Shown here piece after piece: positions 36,096 to 46,069 of a stretch of 64,000 nt of DNA. Position 1 is the first letter of the stretch; every line of letters begins with the position of its first letter. The DNA lies in assembly GCA_028865345.1 (NCBI GenBank), contig JAGWKL010000004.1, positions 79,422 through 143,421 on the forward strand, in the 5' to 3' direction. The notes under the pieces are model-generated. The model made no database searches, had not been told where the DNA came from, and was given only the letters and a program-made list of their open reading frames with translations. A program made the translations under genes and the position numbers. The stretch comes from Candidatus Omnitrophota bacterium (lineage in GTDB: Bacteria; Omnitrophota; Gorgyraeia; Zapsychrales; Fredricksoniimonadaceae).

Positions 36096-38623
36096 CCGTA
36101 TTTCTTGATAAACCAGACCTTGGTGACCTGGACCAGCCACAGGTAAAGGGCCAGGATCCCGAAGAGGAACAGGAAGAATGAGGCGGGCGGCATGACGAAT
36201 TTGAAATACGCCCCCAGCGGCGTATAAGGAATGACCATGGCGGCGGAGACGATATAAATGGAGGTGAATATCAAAAATGGACTTGGCCAGCTTTCCACAA
36301 ACGGAATTTTACCGGTGCGGATGATATGGATGACCAACAATTGCGTGCACATGGATTCCACGAACCAGGCGGTCGCAAACAGGCCCTGGCCGGCATGAAA
36401 TACGAGGACCATGACGATCCATGTCAGATAATCAAAAATAGAGCTTAAGGGCCCAAAGACGATCATGAACTTTTTAATATAGTCCATATTCCATACCCTT
36501 GACTTCAACAGGTATTCTTCGTCCACATCATCGGTGGGGATGGCCACTTGCGAGACATCATAGAGGAAATTATTTAAAATGATCTGGATGGGCAGCATGG
36601 GGTAGAAATTACATTTCAAGACGTACGGCAAAAAGAACCCCGAGCCTGTCATGCTGAACATATTGCCGAAGTTGGAGCTGGCCCCCATCTTGATATATTT
36701 GAAAATATTGCCGAAGACGCGCCTGCCTTCCAAAACACCGTCGCGCAGGACCATCAGGTTCTTTTGCAAAAGGATCAAGTCCGCGGATTCCTTGGCAATG
36801 TCCACCGCGTTGTTGACGGAAATGCCCACGTCCGCCGCCTTCAGGGCCGGCGCGTCGTTGATCCCGTCGCCCAAGTACCCGACGGTATGGTTGTTGCGGT
36901 GCAGGGCGCGGATGACCCGCTCTTTTTGCAAAGGCGAGAGCCTGGCAAAGACCGTGGTGGTTTGAACGGCATCCTTGAGCTGGTCATCCGTCATTTTCTC
37001 CAACTGGATGCCGGTCAGCAAGCCTTTGATGTCAAGACCGACTTCGCTGCAGATCTTCTTGGTGACCAGGTCATTGTCTCCGGTAAGTACCTTGAGTTCA
37101 ATGCCTAATTTCCTTATGACTTCGATTGTCTTTTTGGCGGTGGGCTTGGGAGGGTCAAGAAAGGCGATGTAGCCCTTGAGAACAAGACTGCTCTCATCAT
37201 CCTTGGAATAGACCTCCTTATTGACATCCATGTCCTTATAAGCAATCGCCAGGACCCTGAAACCATCCGCGCTTAAATGGTCATATTCTTCCTTTAAATC
37301 GGTGATGACGACCGGGTCCAGCTCCTCAATCTCTCCCTCGAGTTCGTACCGCGTGCATCTTTTGAGGATTTCTTCAGGGGCGCCTTTGGTGATGATCTTA
37401 TGTTTGCCTTCCATGTCCACGACCACCGACATGATCCGCCGGGAAAAATCGAAAGGCATTTCATCGATCTTCTTATACTGCTTGACGACGAGTTTTTCAT
37501 ATTTTAAGACGGCCTTGTCCAGGATGTTCTTTAAGCCTGTCTGGTAAAAACTGTTGATGTAGGCCAACTTCAGGGTACCCTCGTCCTCCTGGCGCACCAC
37601 ATCGCAATATTTCTCCAGGACGATCCTGTCCAGGGTCAGCGTCCCTGTCTTGTCCGTGCACAGTACGTCCATGGCCCCGAAATTCTGGATGGAATTGAGC
37701 CTCTTGACAATGACCTCTTTTTTGGACATGGCGATGGCGCCTTTGGAGAGGTTGATGGCAACGAGCATCGGCAGCATTTCAGGGGTAAGGCCGATGGCCA
37801 CCGACAGCGAAAACAACAGCGCGTCCATAAAATTATGCTTGGTAAAGAAATTGATGGCGCAAATGACAATGACCAACACCACCATGGCGCGGATCATGAG
37901 CCAGACAAAGCTGTTGATGCCTTTGTCAAAACTGGTGGGCTGGTTGATGGCCGCCAGCCTCTTGGAGACCTCACCGAATTCGGTGGACAAGCCGGTCTTA
38001 ATGACGACCCCCAGGGCCGTACCGCTGACCACGCTTGATCCCATGAACGCAACGCTGTCCGTCACCGGCGTTTTTTCCACCGGCATGGATTCGCCGGTCA
38101 GGGAAGCCTGGTTAATGAACAGGTCTTTGGCCTGGATGATCCTGATGTCCGCGGGGATCATGTCCCCGGCGAAGAGATCGACGATATCACCGGGAACAAT
38201 GTGCTTGATGGGGATTTCCTTCGGCTTGCCGTTTCGGAAGATGGTGGCGGTCGCCCGCACCATTTCGCTTAAGCGTTCCGCTTCCTTTCCCGCCCTGTAC
38301 TCCTGGACAAACCCAAGCACAACGCTCATCAGGGCCATGAGGCCGATGATGGAACCGCTGACCGCATCGCCTGTCCAAAAAGTGACGGCGGCAATCACAA
38401 TAAGCAGCACGACCAGGGGATGGAAAAATTTGGAGATGAATTGAAAGACAATGGTCCGTTTTTGTTTGCGGGCCGCTTCGTTGGGGCCGTATTCGTCGAG
38501 GCGCTCTTTGGCTTGGCTTTCCGAAAGCCCCGTAGCAGAGGTCTGGAATTTCTCAAACAGGACCTCTTTGGGGCAAGTTTTGAAATCAAAATCCAGAACC
38601 TGAGATTTTTGTTTTCCGTTCAT
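36086..38623 (-). CDS. mgtA: Mg2+-importing P-type ATPase
   Basis: LTGESMPVEK, DKTGTLT, TGDN and GDGINDAPAL motifs. The C-terminal region (LPIQIILNNFLYDVSQVAIPTDDVD) is highly MgtA-like. The ORF track gives 38641 as the start; a Met at 38623 gives an ATGA overlap with the pfkA stop. Confidence 0.85.
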   Translation of the reverse strand: MNGKQKSQVLDFDFKTCPKEVLFEKFQTSATGLSESQAKERLDEYGPNEAARKQKRTIVFQFISKFFHPLVVLLIVIAAVTFWTGDAVSGSIIGLMALMSVVLGFVQEYRAGKEAERLSEMVRATATIFRNGKPKEIPIKHIVPGDIVDLFAGDMIPADIRIIQAKDLFINQASLTGESMPVEKTPVTDSVAFMGSSVVSGTALGVVIKTGLSTEFGEVSKRLAAINQPTSFDKGINSFVWLMIRAMVVLVIVICAINFFTKHNFMDALLFSLSVAIGLTPEMLPMLVAINLSKGAIAMSKKEVIVKRLNSIQNFGAMDVLCTDKTGTLTLDRIVLEKYCDVVRQEDEGTLKLAYINSFYQTGLKNILDKAVLKYEKLVVKQYKKIDEMPFDFSRRIMSVVVDMEGKHKIITKGAPEEILKRCTRYELEGEIEELDPVVITDLKEEYDHLSADGFRVLAIAYKDMDVNKEVYSKDDESSLVLKGYIAFLDPPKPTAKKTIEVIRKLGIELKVLTGDNDLVTKKICSEVGLDIKGLLTGIQLEKMTDDQLKDAVQTTTVFARLSPLQKERVIRALHRNNHTVGYLGDGINDAPALKAADVGISVNNAVDIAKESADLILLQKNLMVLRDGVLEGRRVFGNIFKYIKMGASSNFGNMFSMTGSGFFLPYVLKCNFYPMLPIQIILNNFLYDVSQVAIPTDDVDEEYLLKSRVWNMDYIKKFMIVFGPLSSIFDYLTWIVMVLVFHAGQGLFATAWFVESMCTQLLVIHIIRTGKIPFVESWPSPFLIFTSIYIVSAAMVIPYTPLGAYFKFVMPPASFFLFLFGILALYLWLVQVTKVWFIKKYGYE

Positions 38624-39714
38624 TCCTGGTCCCCGAAACACGTGCCCAGCGCGCGCGCGTCCTTGATCATGGGATGGTCCAGCGGCACCGATCTCGAGCC
38701 CCGCGCCACCTCCGATAAGGGGACTTTGACCAGCTGGTCCTCCTTAACTCCCACCATGAAGCCGAAATGCCTTTCGGCGATCAAATCAACGGCCTTGGAA
38801 CCCAATTGCGTCCCTAAGATCCTGTCAAATGGGGACGGTGATCCTCCGCGCTGGAGGTGGCCCAAGACCACGTTGCGGGTCTCGATGCCGGTCAGCTTCT
38901 CCAGCTGCTGTCCCAACACAAAACTGACCCCGCCCAAACGGATGGGCGCGCAAGCGTCTTTGACGATCCTCTGCACCGTTACCTTGCCGCCGAGAGGCTT
39001 AGCCCCTTCGGCGATGACAACAATCGTAAAATTTTTTCCCCTTTTGCGGCGGTCTTTGATGTGCCGCACCACGCGCCCGACATCATAAGGGATCTCGGGA
39101 ATAAGAATAACATCCCCTCCGCCGGCGAGACCTGCATAAAGCGCTATCCACCCGGCGGTCCTGCCCATCACCTCAAGGATCATGATCCTATGGTGCGACT
39201 CGGCCGTAGTATGCAGGCGGTCTATCCCTTCGGTAGCCACATGGACGGCGGTGTCAAAGCCAAAGGTAATGTCCGTTCCTTTGACATCGTTGTCCACGGT
39301 TTTGGGCACCCCGACGACGGCCACCCCCCGGGTAGACAGCCGGTGGGACGTGTCCAGGGTGCCGTCGCCTCCGATCGTCACCAGACAATCGACCTTTAAT
39401 TTACGCAAATTCTTGATGACCAGGGCCGAAAGGTCCTTGTAGGCGACCTTGGCGGCGGTTTCCACAGGGTACTTATAAGGGTTCGCCCTGTTGGTGGTGC
39501 CCAGGATCGTCCCTCCCATGGTCAAAATGCCGGAGACACTGTCTTCATTCAATATCCGGTGCCGGTTGCTGACCAGGCCTTCAAAACCGTCCTTGATGCC
39601 GATGACCTCATAGCCATACTCATGGACCGCTTTTTTGGTGACGGCCCGGATAACGGCATTTAGCCCGGAGCAGTCCCCGCCGCTGGTTAAAATGGCTATG
39701 CGACGCATGTTCAC
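38620..39714 (-). CDS. pfkA: 6-phosphofructokinase
   Basis: ILTSGGDCSGLNAVIR, GGDGT, MGR motif (EVMGRTAGWIA). Confidence 0.9.
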   Translation of the reverse strand: MNMRRIAILTSGGDCSGLNAVIRAVTKKAVHEYGYEVIGIKDGFEGLVSNRHRILNEDSVSGILTMGGTILGTTNRANPYKYPVETAAKVAYKDLSALVIKNLRKLKVDCLVTIGGDGTLDTSHRLSTRGVAVVGVPKTVDNDVKGTDITFGFDTAVHVATEGIDRLHTTAESHHRIMILEVMGRTAGWIALYAGLAGGGDVILIPEIPYDVGRVVRHIKDRRKRGKNFTIVVIAEGAKPLGGKVTVQRIVKDACAPIRLGGVSFVLGQQLEKLTGIETRNVVLGHLQRGGSPSPFDRILGTQLGSKAVDLIAERHFGFMVGVKEDQLVKVPLSEVARGSRSVPLDHPMIKDARALGTCFGDQE

Positions 39715-40034
39715 TTTATCCTGATATCATAGGAACGGACATGGTCCCGGTAATAAGCCTTTCCCCAGCCGACGACCTTGTCTTTGATCAAACAAATAGG
39801 AAGCTCGTAGGAAGAAGATCCATACTGCCTGATATAAATATAAAATTCCTTGCGGGTCTGGTCCTGGCCCTTGGCCTGATAAATTTCTATTCTGTCCGGC
39901 TTACCCAAACTCTCAAGCATCTGTTGTTTGGTCATGCCGAACTCGGGTTCGGTCAGGGGTTTTAGCGCCCCGGAGGTATGGGCGCAACCGGCGAAAACCA
40001 GACACAATCCAATACTGATCAATAAATTTTTCAA
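39711..40034 (-). CDS. small lipoprotein, BamE/SmpA/OmlA-like
   Basis: Lipoprotein signal LCLVFAGC. The GMTKQQMLESLGKPD...Y...R pattern is typical of the BamE fold. ATGA overlap with pfkA. Confidence 0.45.
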   Translation of the reverse strand: MKNLLISIGLCLVFAGCAHTSGALKPLTEPEFGMTKQQMLESLGKPDRIEIYQAKGQDQTRKEFYIYIRQYGSSSYELPICLIKDKVVGWGKAYYRDHVRSYDIRIK

Positions 40035-40136
40035 TGTTCTCTGTTCCTTTGTTTTTGTGAGGTTTTTGACGAATGCACTATTACAAAATTTTTATAAGTG
40101 CCCATTATAACATAAACTTTTGAAAAATAAACTTCT

Positions 40137-40658
40137 CTAATTTGCTGTGGGAAAGTCTGGGGAGGTGTCGGATGCGCTGTTGTTTAAGGCGCTGTTGTCT
40201 GAGGCGCTGTTGACGGATGGGCTCTCGGCAGGCGGGTTGGAAACTTTTAAGGCCGCCACGCTTTTTTCAAGGCTTTTGATTTCATCCCTGGCCCCATTCA
40301 ATTTTTTTTCAAGCTGGGCCAGCACGGACACATAGTCTTTCTGCCATCCTTGTCCCTGCTGTTTGACGGCGTCGGCCTCGGCTTTGATACCCACAAGGTC
40401 CGTCTCAATGTCCTTGCTTTCATCCTGCTGGGCGTTGATCTGCCGGTGCACGTCTTGGAGGCCCTGGGCATAATCCTCGATCTGCCCCTGCAGGTATTTA
40501 AATTTGTTGCTGTTGAATTCCGATTCTACATCCTGCTTGGCCCTGATGGAATCCAGGCCCGCTTTTTCCTGCCTGCAAAAAATATAAAGCTCGGCATTGA
40601 ATGCGATCAGAACCAGAATGATAATGGCAACAACCGCTTTGAAGATGATGTTCCACAT
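40137..40658 (-). CDS. membrane-anchored coiled-coil protein with Ser/Asn-rich C-terminal tail
   Basis: N-terminal TM, about 100-aa heptad-rich region, and a tail NSASDNSALNNSASDTSPD. Confidence 0.4.
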   Translation of the reverse strand: MWNIIFKAVVAIIILVLIAFNAELYIFCRQEKAGLDSIRAKQDVESEFNSNKFKYLQGQIEDYAQGLQDVHRQINAQQDESKDIETDLVGIKAEADAVKQQGQGWQKDYVSVLAQLEKKLNGARDEIKSLEKSVAALKVSNPPAESPSVNSASDNSALNNSASDTSPDFPTAN

Positions 40659-40676
40659 AAGTATTTAAGTATACAC

Positions 40677-40740
40677 TAAAAAGGGGGCACTTTACCAGTC
40701 CCCAAAAAACCTGAGAGGCCGGCAAGGTGCCCCCTTCTTT
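40677..40740 (-). terminator. intrinsic terminator downstream of the REC-only gene
   Basis: GGGGGCAC ... GUGCCCCC inverted repeat (8-10 bp, GC-rich) followed by UUUUUAG on the minus strand. Confidence 0.5.
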
Positions 40741-40756
40741 AATCCCCTGATTCAGG

Positions 40757-41140
40757 CTATGTCACCCTCCATAATGATTCCTTGACCAACCTCAACAACT
40801 CCTCGGCCTCATACGGTTTGCATAAAGTTTTATATGGCTTGCCTTCAATGGATATCCTGGTCATTTCCATGTACTCTTTGGGTGAAACAAGCCCGGTCAG
40901 GATGATGATGGGGATCTGGGCCAGTTCCGGGACCTTTTTCAATTCTTTGATGGTCTGGTCTCCGCTGAATTTCGGCATCATCATGTCCATCAGGATAAGG
41001 TCAGGTCTGGTTTTAGCTGCCTCTTCGATGGCCACGCGCCCCTCATAACACACCGCCACGTCATACCCGGCTTTGACCAGGATCCTTCTGGTGGCATCCG
41101 CCATTCCTTCATCGTCGTCGACGACCAATATTCTTGCCAT
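40757..41140 (-). CDS. single-domain response regulator (CheY-like receiver)
   Basis: DD pair, phospho-Asp in LILMDMMMP, T and K motifs, plus a short C-terminal tail GKPYKTLCKPYEAEELL. Confidence 0.85.
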   Translation of the reverse strand: MARILVVDDDEGMADATRRILVKAGYDVAVCYEGRVAIEEAAKTRPDLILMDMMMPKFSGDQTIKELKKVPELAQIPIIILTGLVSPKEYMEMTRISIEGKPYKTLCKPYEAEELLRLVKESLWRVT

Positions 41141-41144
41141 ACGC

Positions 41145-41921
41145 TTAATCTAACAGTTCCCTGGCGGCATCAAGGAAATCACCAGGCGCAGTATATTCCA
41201 AAAACCTGTCCACCCCTTGCTTTTCTCCGATCTTTTGGGCGATGACGGTTTTTTCAGGGCCTTTCTCGGTATAGAGGATGCATTTGACATCGCGGGTCTT
41301 GGCCATATTTTTAAGTTTGGCGATCACAATATCCCCTGAAATATCCACCAACCCCAATTTAATCAAAGCAATGTCAGGGACCGTAGCGGCAATGCGCTCG
41401 ATGCCGTCCACCCCGTTGCGCGCGGGATTGACCGTATAGCCGGCGCTTAAGAAAACCCCGCCGATCTGGTTTAAGATCTCCTGGTTGTTCTCAACAACGC
41501 AAACCTTTCTGGTTTCGCTTGCTCCCGATGAGGTCATTTTAACCCCCTCGCCGGCATGCCTGCCGAGGATGGCTTCGACCTCCTTGAGCAGGTCATCGAT
41601 CTCAAAAGGTTTGGACATAAACCCGTCGATGTTAAACTGTTTGAAGAGCTGTTCCATGTTGGCGCGGGCCGTCAGGACCAGGACCGGGTATTTAGGCTTG
41701 TCGTTCTCGCAGATCCTCTGGTAGAATTCCAAGCCTCCCATCTTGGGCATGTTCATGTCCAGAATAATGAGGTCGGGTTTGACCGTTTTTAATTGCTCCA
41801 GCCCTTCCAGGCCGTTGCCTGCGATGAGGACCTTGTACTGTTTTGTTTCCAGTGTCATTTTGACCATGACCTGTAAATTGACCTCGTCGTCTATCACCAA
41901 AATCGTTTTTGGGCCGCTCAT
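41145..41921 (-). CDS. response regulator with N-terminal receiver plus C-terminal degenerate receiver-like domain
   Basis: First REC is canonical (ILVIDDE, LIILDMNMP, SKP). The second domain (KVCVVENN...IALIKLGLVD) has lost the acidic pocket. Start reassigned to the internal Met (MSGPKTILVIDD), giving an ATGA overlap with the upstream gene; the ORF track extends it to 42035. Confidence 0.75.
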   Translation of the reverse strand: MSGPKTILVIDDEVNLQVMVKMTLETKQYKVLIAGNGLEGLEQLKTVKPDLIILDMNMPKMGGLEFYQRICENDKPKYPVLVLTARANMEQLFKQFNIDGFMSKPFEIDDLLKEVEAILGRHAGEGVKMTSSGASETRKVCVVENNQEILNQIGGVFLSAGYTVNPARNGVDGIERIAATVPDIALIKLGLVDISGDIVIAKLKNMAKTRDVKCILYTEKGPEKTVIAQKIGEKQGVDRFLEYTAPGDFLDAARELLD

Positions 41922-43078
41922 GGCTTGATCTCCCTTCGTTCTTGGATGGGCAAAATGAAAATAAAGGAAGTCCCTTCCCCTAATTTGGATTCCGCCCAAA
42001 TTTTCCCGCCATGCCGCTCGATGATCTCCCGGCAAATGGCCAGTCCCAATCCGGTCCCGCCTTCTTCGTTCTTTTCAGCGGACTCTATCTGCTGGAATTT
42101 CCCGAACAGCTTGGAAAAATCCGCCTCGGCAATTCCCTTGCCTGTGTCCTTAACACAGACTTGAATGTGGTTGTTGGGCGATTTATCAAGGCTTAACACC
42201 GTAATGCCGCCTTCCTTGGTGAACTTGATGGCATTGCTCAGGAGATTATTCATGACCTGAATGAGGCGGTCATTATCAAAAGGGACCATGGGCAGCTTAT
42301 CGTCCAGTTCCATTTTTAAATACAGGCCTTTTGCTTGGGCAACGTCCTTTTGGGAGTCAACGGTCTGTTTAATGACATTGTTGACATTATTGGGCATAAA
42401 ACTCATCTGTAATTTTCCGGATTCCATCTTGGTCAAATCCAGGATGTCATTGATCAGGCGTTTGAGGCGGTCCACTTCGCTTTTGACGCGGCCCAAAATG
42501 TCCTGCTGCTGGCTGTTGAGCTCCCCCACCATTTTTCTGAGCACCAGATCAACGCCTGTCTTGATGGAGGCCAGAGGGGTACGCAATTCATGGGAGACGG
42601 TGGAGGTAAACTCCTTTTGCACCTCATACATGGCTTTGAGTTTTTTATTGCTGATCTCCAGTTCTGCTGTCTTGGTTTTGGCGTCCAGGACAAGGTCATA
42701 ATGCTCAATGCATTGGCGGATGGTGTGCAACAGCTCCGTCGTCTTCCACGGCTTGCTGATAAACCGGTAGACTTCCCCCACATTGATGGCCTCTTCCGCG
42801 GCCGAGAAATCCGTATAACCGGTAAAAAGGATCTTGACGGCGTCAGGATATTTTTCTTTGACTTCCCCTAAAAACTTCACGCCTGAAACGTCCGGCATAC
42901 GGTAATCGCTGACCACCACCTTGATCTTCTCTTTGGCCAGGGCCTCCCTGGCTTCATTGACATTGGTGGTCGCGAACACCCCATAAGGTTCCCGGATAAA
43001 GAGGCGCTGGATGCCGTCGATGATGCTTTGTTCATCGTCTAGAAATATGACCAGTGTTTCCTTGGGCATAGCAATCAT
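41918..43078 (-). CDS. hybrid histidine kinase: N-terminal receiver, HisKA, HATPase
   Basis: REC (VVVSDYRMPDVSG, SKP), H-box VSHELRTPLASI, N/G boxes (LLSNAIKFT, GTGLGLAICREI). Start taken at MIAMPKETLV, giving an ATGA overlap with the CBS gene. Confidence 0.85.
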   Translation of the reverse strand: MIAMPKETLVIFLDDEQSIIDGIQRLFIREPYGVFATTNVNEAREALAKEKIKVVVSDYRMPDVSGVKFLGEVKEKYPDAVKILFTGYTDFSAAEEAINVGEVYRFISKPWKTTELLHTIRQCIEHYDLVLDAKTKTAELEISNKKLKAMYEVQKEFTSTVSHELRTPLASIKTGVDLVLRKMVGELNSQQQDILGRVKSEVDRLKRLINDILDLTKMESGKLQMSFMPNNVNNVIKQTVDSQKDVAQAKGLYLKMELDDKLPMVPFDNDRLIQVMNNLLSNAIKFTKEGGITVLSLDKSPNNHIQVCVKDTGKGIAEADFSKLFGKFQQIESAEKNEEGGTGLGLAICREIIERHGGKIWAESKLGEGTSFIFILPIQERREIKP

Positions 43079-43557
43079 CCCTTTCCGGAAGGTTTGGTAT
43101 AGTCCCCTGTCCCGACATAGAATGCGTTGATGATATCGCGCCTGCCGATGACGCCGACGATCTCTTTTTTGGATATCACCATGACCGGCAAGGTATGGAT
43201 GTTCCTGGCGCACATCAGCTTCATCATGTCGTAGAGGGTGGTTTCTTCGTTGATGGTCACAACGTCACTGGTCATGATCTCAGACACCTTTATACCGGAG
43301 TAATTGACCGAATTTTTACCTTGCTCAATATCGACGACGATCTTCTTCATCAAATTAAACAGGTCGGTCGCGGTGGCAATGCCGCAAATCTCGCCGTTTT
43401 TGTCGATCACAGGCACCCCGCTGATCTTGAAACGCATCATCAGATGGGCGAGGCTCATCACGGTCTCACCCTCCTTGATGGTGATGGCAAAACGCGACAT
43501 CAAGTCCGCGGCTTTTACACTTTTTGATCTATGCTCCACTTGCTTTATATCCACCAT
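43075..43557 (-). CDS. CBS-domain pair protein
   Basis: Two CBS motifs (GVPVIDKNGEICGIATATDL; LPVMVISKKEIVGVIGRRDI). Confidence 0.8.
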   Translation of the reverse strand: MVDIKQVEHRSKSVKAADLMSRFAITIKEGETVMSLAHLMMRFKISGVPVIDKNGEICGIATATDLFNLMKKIVVDIEQGKNSVNYSGIKVSEIMTSDVVTINEETTLYDMMKLMCARNIHTLPVMVISKKEIVGVIGRRDIINAFYVGTGDYTKPSGKG

Positions 43558-43570
43558 AGACGATCCCCCC

Positions 43571-44146
43571 CTAATTTAAAAGAGCATCAATTTTGACCTT
43601 CAAGGCGGCATTGCTAAACGGCTTTGCCAAATAATCATCGGCCTGTGATACCTTCGCCTGCTCCAACTCAGCTTGATCGGTGATCCCTGAAATGAGAAGG
43701 ATTTTAACGTCCTTATTCTCCGGATTACCGCGGATCTTGGAACATACTTCGTATCCGTTCAATCCAGGCATCTTGATGTCCAAAATCACCAGGTCCGGTT
43801 TAAAATCGGAAAACTTCTGTCCTGCTTCAAAACCATCATAGGCGATTTCCAAGTCATATGACTTTTCCCTGATCAGGAACCGGCGGATGGAATCCACCAT
43901 GCCCCTGTCGTCATCAACGATCAGCACCCGCTTTTTATAATTCTGTTGCAGGGAAGCTAATTCTGCGGGGACGGGCATGTTATATCTCTTGAGAAAGCTC
44001 AAGAAATCATTGATCTGAACCCTGCTGTGGTTGCCCACCGTACGGTAGGCCTTGATCTTGCCTTCATTGATCCATTGATTGGCCGTCCGCGGGGTCACAT
44101 GACAATATTTGGCAATTTCATAGGTTGTCAGCGCTTTTTGGTCCAT
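43571..44146 (-). CDS. response regulator with N-terminal excisionase/MerR-type HTH and C-terminal receiver
   Basis: N-terminus LTTYEIAKYCHVTPRTANQWINEGKIKAYRTVGNHSRV is an Xis/MerR-type HTH. C-terminal REC with LVILDIKMPGLNG and AKPF. Confidence 0.75.
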   Translation of the reverse strand: MDQKALTTYEIAKYCHVTPRTANQWINEGKIKAYRTVGNHSRVQINDFLSFLKRYNMPVPAELASLQQNYKKRVLIVDDDRGMVDSIRRFLIREKSYDLEIAYDGFEAGQKFSDFKPDLVILDIKMPGLNGYEVCSKIRGNPENKDVKILLISGITDQAELEQAKVSQADDYLAKPFSNAALKVKIDALLN

Positions 44147-44151
44147 CGTTC

Positions 44152-44568
44152 TTACCTCAATGGTTTGGCTAAATTATCCCTTACCGTCTTTAACAGGTCA
44201 TCTATCTCATAAGGTTTGCCTAAGGTTTGATAAACGGTACCGTCTATATTGATCCCCGTTTCTTCCAGGTCTTCTTCATCGCTTGAAATCAATCCCGTCA
44301 AGAATATGATGGGGATATTTTTAAAATCAGGGTCTTTTTGAAAATTCCTTACGGCTTCGGGCCCGCTGACTTCCGGCATCATGATGTCCATTAAAATCAG
44401 GTCCGGTTTCATTCTTTTTATCTGATCTATGGCTTTGCCGGTACTGTGGCAAACCGCCACTTCATATCCTTTCTGGGCCAGCGCCGTCCTGGTCACATGG
44501 GTAAGATTTTGGTCATCATCAACGATCAATATCCTGGCCATACATTTCTCCTTTAAAGAAACACTCAT
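44152..44568 (-). CDS. single-domain response regulator (paralog of 40757..41140)
   Basis: ILIVDDD, LILMDIMMP and the same unusual tail GKPYEIDDLL. Confidence 0.85.
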   Translation of the reverse strand: MSVSLKEKCMARILIVDDDQNLTHVTRTALAQKGYEVAVCHSTGKAIDQIKRMKPDLILMDIMMPEVSGPEAVRNFQKDPDFKNIPIIFLTGLISSDEEDLEETGINIDGTVYQTLGKPYEIDDLLKTVRDNLAKPLR

Positions 44569-44679
44569 TTCCTCTTGATTACGTATATCACGTATCTCCT
44601 ATTTCTCTGTATTCTCCACAATTAAATATACTTGATGCCCGCGGTTTTGTCAAGGGGACCAGGGAAGAAAGGAAAAGCG

Positions 44680-46068
44680 TCAGGTTGCCGCCGGGAGCAT
44701 GACGGTAAAAGTGGTCCCTTGCCCTATTATGGACCTGACCTTTATTTCGCCGCCGTGCTTTTTGACGATCTCGTAACTTACGCTTAAACCCAAACCTGTC
44801 CCTTTGCCGACAGGCTTGGTTGTAAAGAACGGTTCAAATATTTTTTTTAAATGCTCTTCCTCGATCCCCTTGCCCGTGTCCCTCACATCAATGCACACAC
44901 TTGCGCCCTGGCAATATGTTTTTACCTCAATGATCCCTTTTTGCTCAATGGCTTGTGTCGCATTGACCAATAAATTAATAAACACCTGCCCCATTCTCTG
45001 GACGTTACACTTGACTAAAGGCGTTGTCCCGTAATTCTTTATCAACTCAGCCTTATATTTAAGTTCATTGTAAACAATGCTTAAAATACTCCCTATGATT
45101 TCCTCGATTTTAACGAGTTCCATCCTGTCTTCACCTTCACGGGCAAAGGTCTTCAAATCCATGACGATTTTCTGGATCCGTTCAATCCCTCTTTGATTGT
45201 GACTTAACAAATTATGGATGTCATTCATGATATAATCCAACTGGATATCCTCTGAAAACCGGTCAATTTCCTTGATAATGGACCCTGCCTTCTCTATATG
45301 GCCGTCCCTGACGCTTTTCTTCAAAGCATCGAACATTCTTAAAAGTTTTGTATATTCGCCGATGTATTGCTCCAGCATTTCCGAATTATTGCTGATAAAT
45401 CCGACCGGATTATTGATCTCATGGGCAACGCCTGCAGCCAACTGGCCTATGGAGGCCATTTTCTCGGACTGCAATATTTGCATTTGCGCCTGTTTGAGTT
45501 CTTCATGGGTTTTATGAAGAGCATTGAACATCTTACTCAAACGTTTCTCATTTTTACGCCGTTCCTCAAGGGCATGGCTTAATTCTTTAGAATTAAGCTC
45601 CATTTCCACCCAAACGGCGAGATCTTTTAACAATGCGCACTGTTCGCCTGGAAATTCCCTGGGTTTATAATCTTTGATGCACAATGTCCCGATTTTATGC
45701 CCCCCGGGGCCCCTTAAATATTGCCCTGCATAAAATCGGATATGGGGTTTCCCGGTGACCATCGGATTGTCGCTGAATCTTGGGTCGGTCAACGCGTCAG
45801 GGATGACAAACAAATCATCGGCCAGCATGGCATGTCCGCAAAACGAGATCGCGCGCGGGCCCTCAGACGCATCTAATCCCTGGCAGGATTTAAACCATTC
45901 TCTATTGGAGTCCACCAGACTTAGAGTGGAAACGGGGACATTAAATAACTTCTGTGCGATTTTAGTAATACGGTCAAAGCGCTCTTCCATCGGAGTATCA
46001 AGAATGGAAAGAGACCTTAAACTTTCTAAACGTTCTTGTTCATTGTCCGGGACAGGGGCATTTAACAT
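44680..46068 (-). CDS. cytoplasmic sensor histidine kinase: GAF, HisKA, HATPase
   Basis: GAF-like N-terminus. Kinase core [25 protein letters not shown] ... [24 protein letters not shown]. Confidence 0.85.
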   Translation of the reverse strand: MLNAPVPDNEQERLESLRSLSILDTPMEERFDRITKIAQKLFNVPVSTLSLVDSNREWFKSCQGLDASEGPRAISFCGHAMLADDLFVIPDALTDPRFSDNPMVTGKPHIRFYAGQYLRGPGGHKIGTLCIKDYKPREFPGEQCALLKDLAVWVEMELNSKELSHALEERRKNEKRLSKMFNALHKTHEELKQAQMQILQSEKMASIGQLAAGVAHEINNPVGFISNNSEMLEQYIGEYTKLLRMFDALKKSVRDGHIEKAGSIIKEIDRFSEDIQLDYIMNDIHNLLSHNQRGIERIQKIVMDLKTFAREGEDRMELVKIEEIIGSILSIVYNELKYKAELIKNYGTTPLVKCNVQRMGQVFINLLVNATQAIEQKGIIEVKTYCQGASVCIDVRDTGKGIEEEHLKKIFEPFFTTKPVGKGTGLGLSVSYEIVKKHGGEIKVRSIIGQGTTFTVMLPAAT

Positions 46069-46069
46069 A

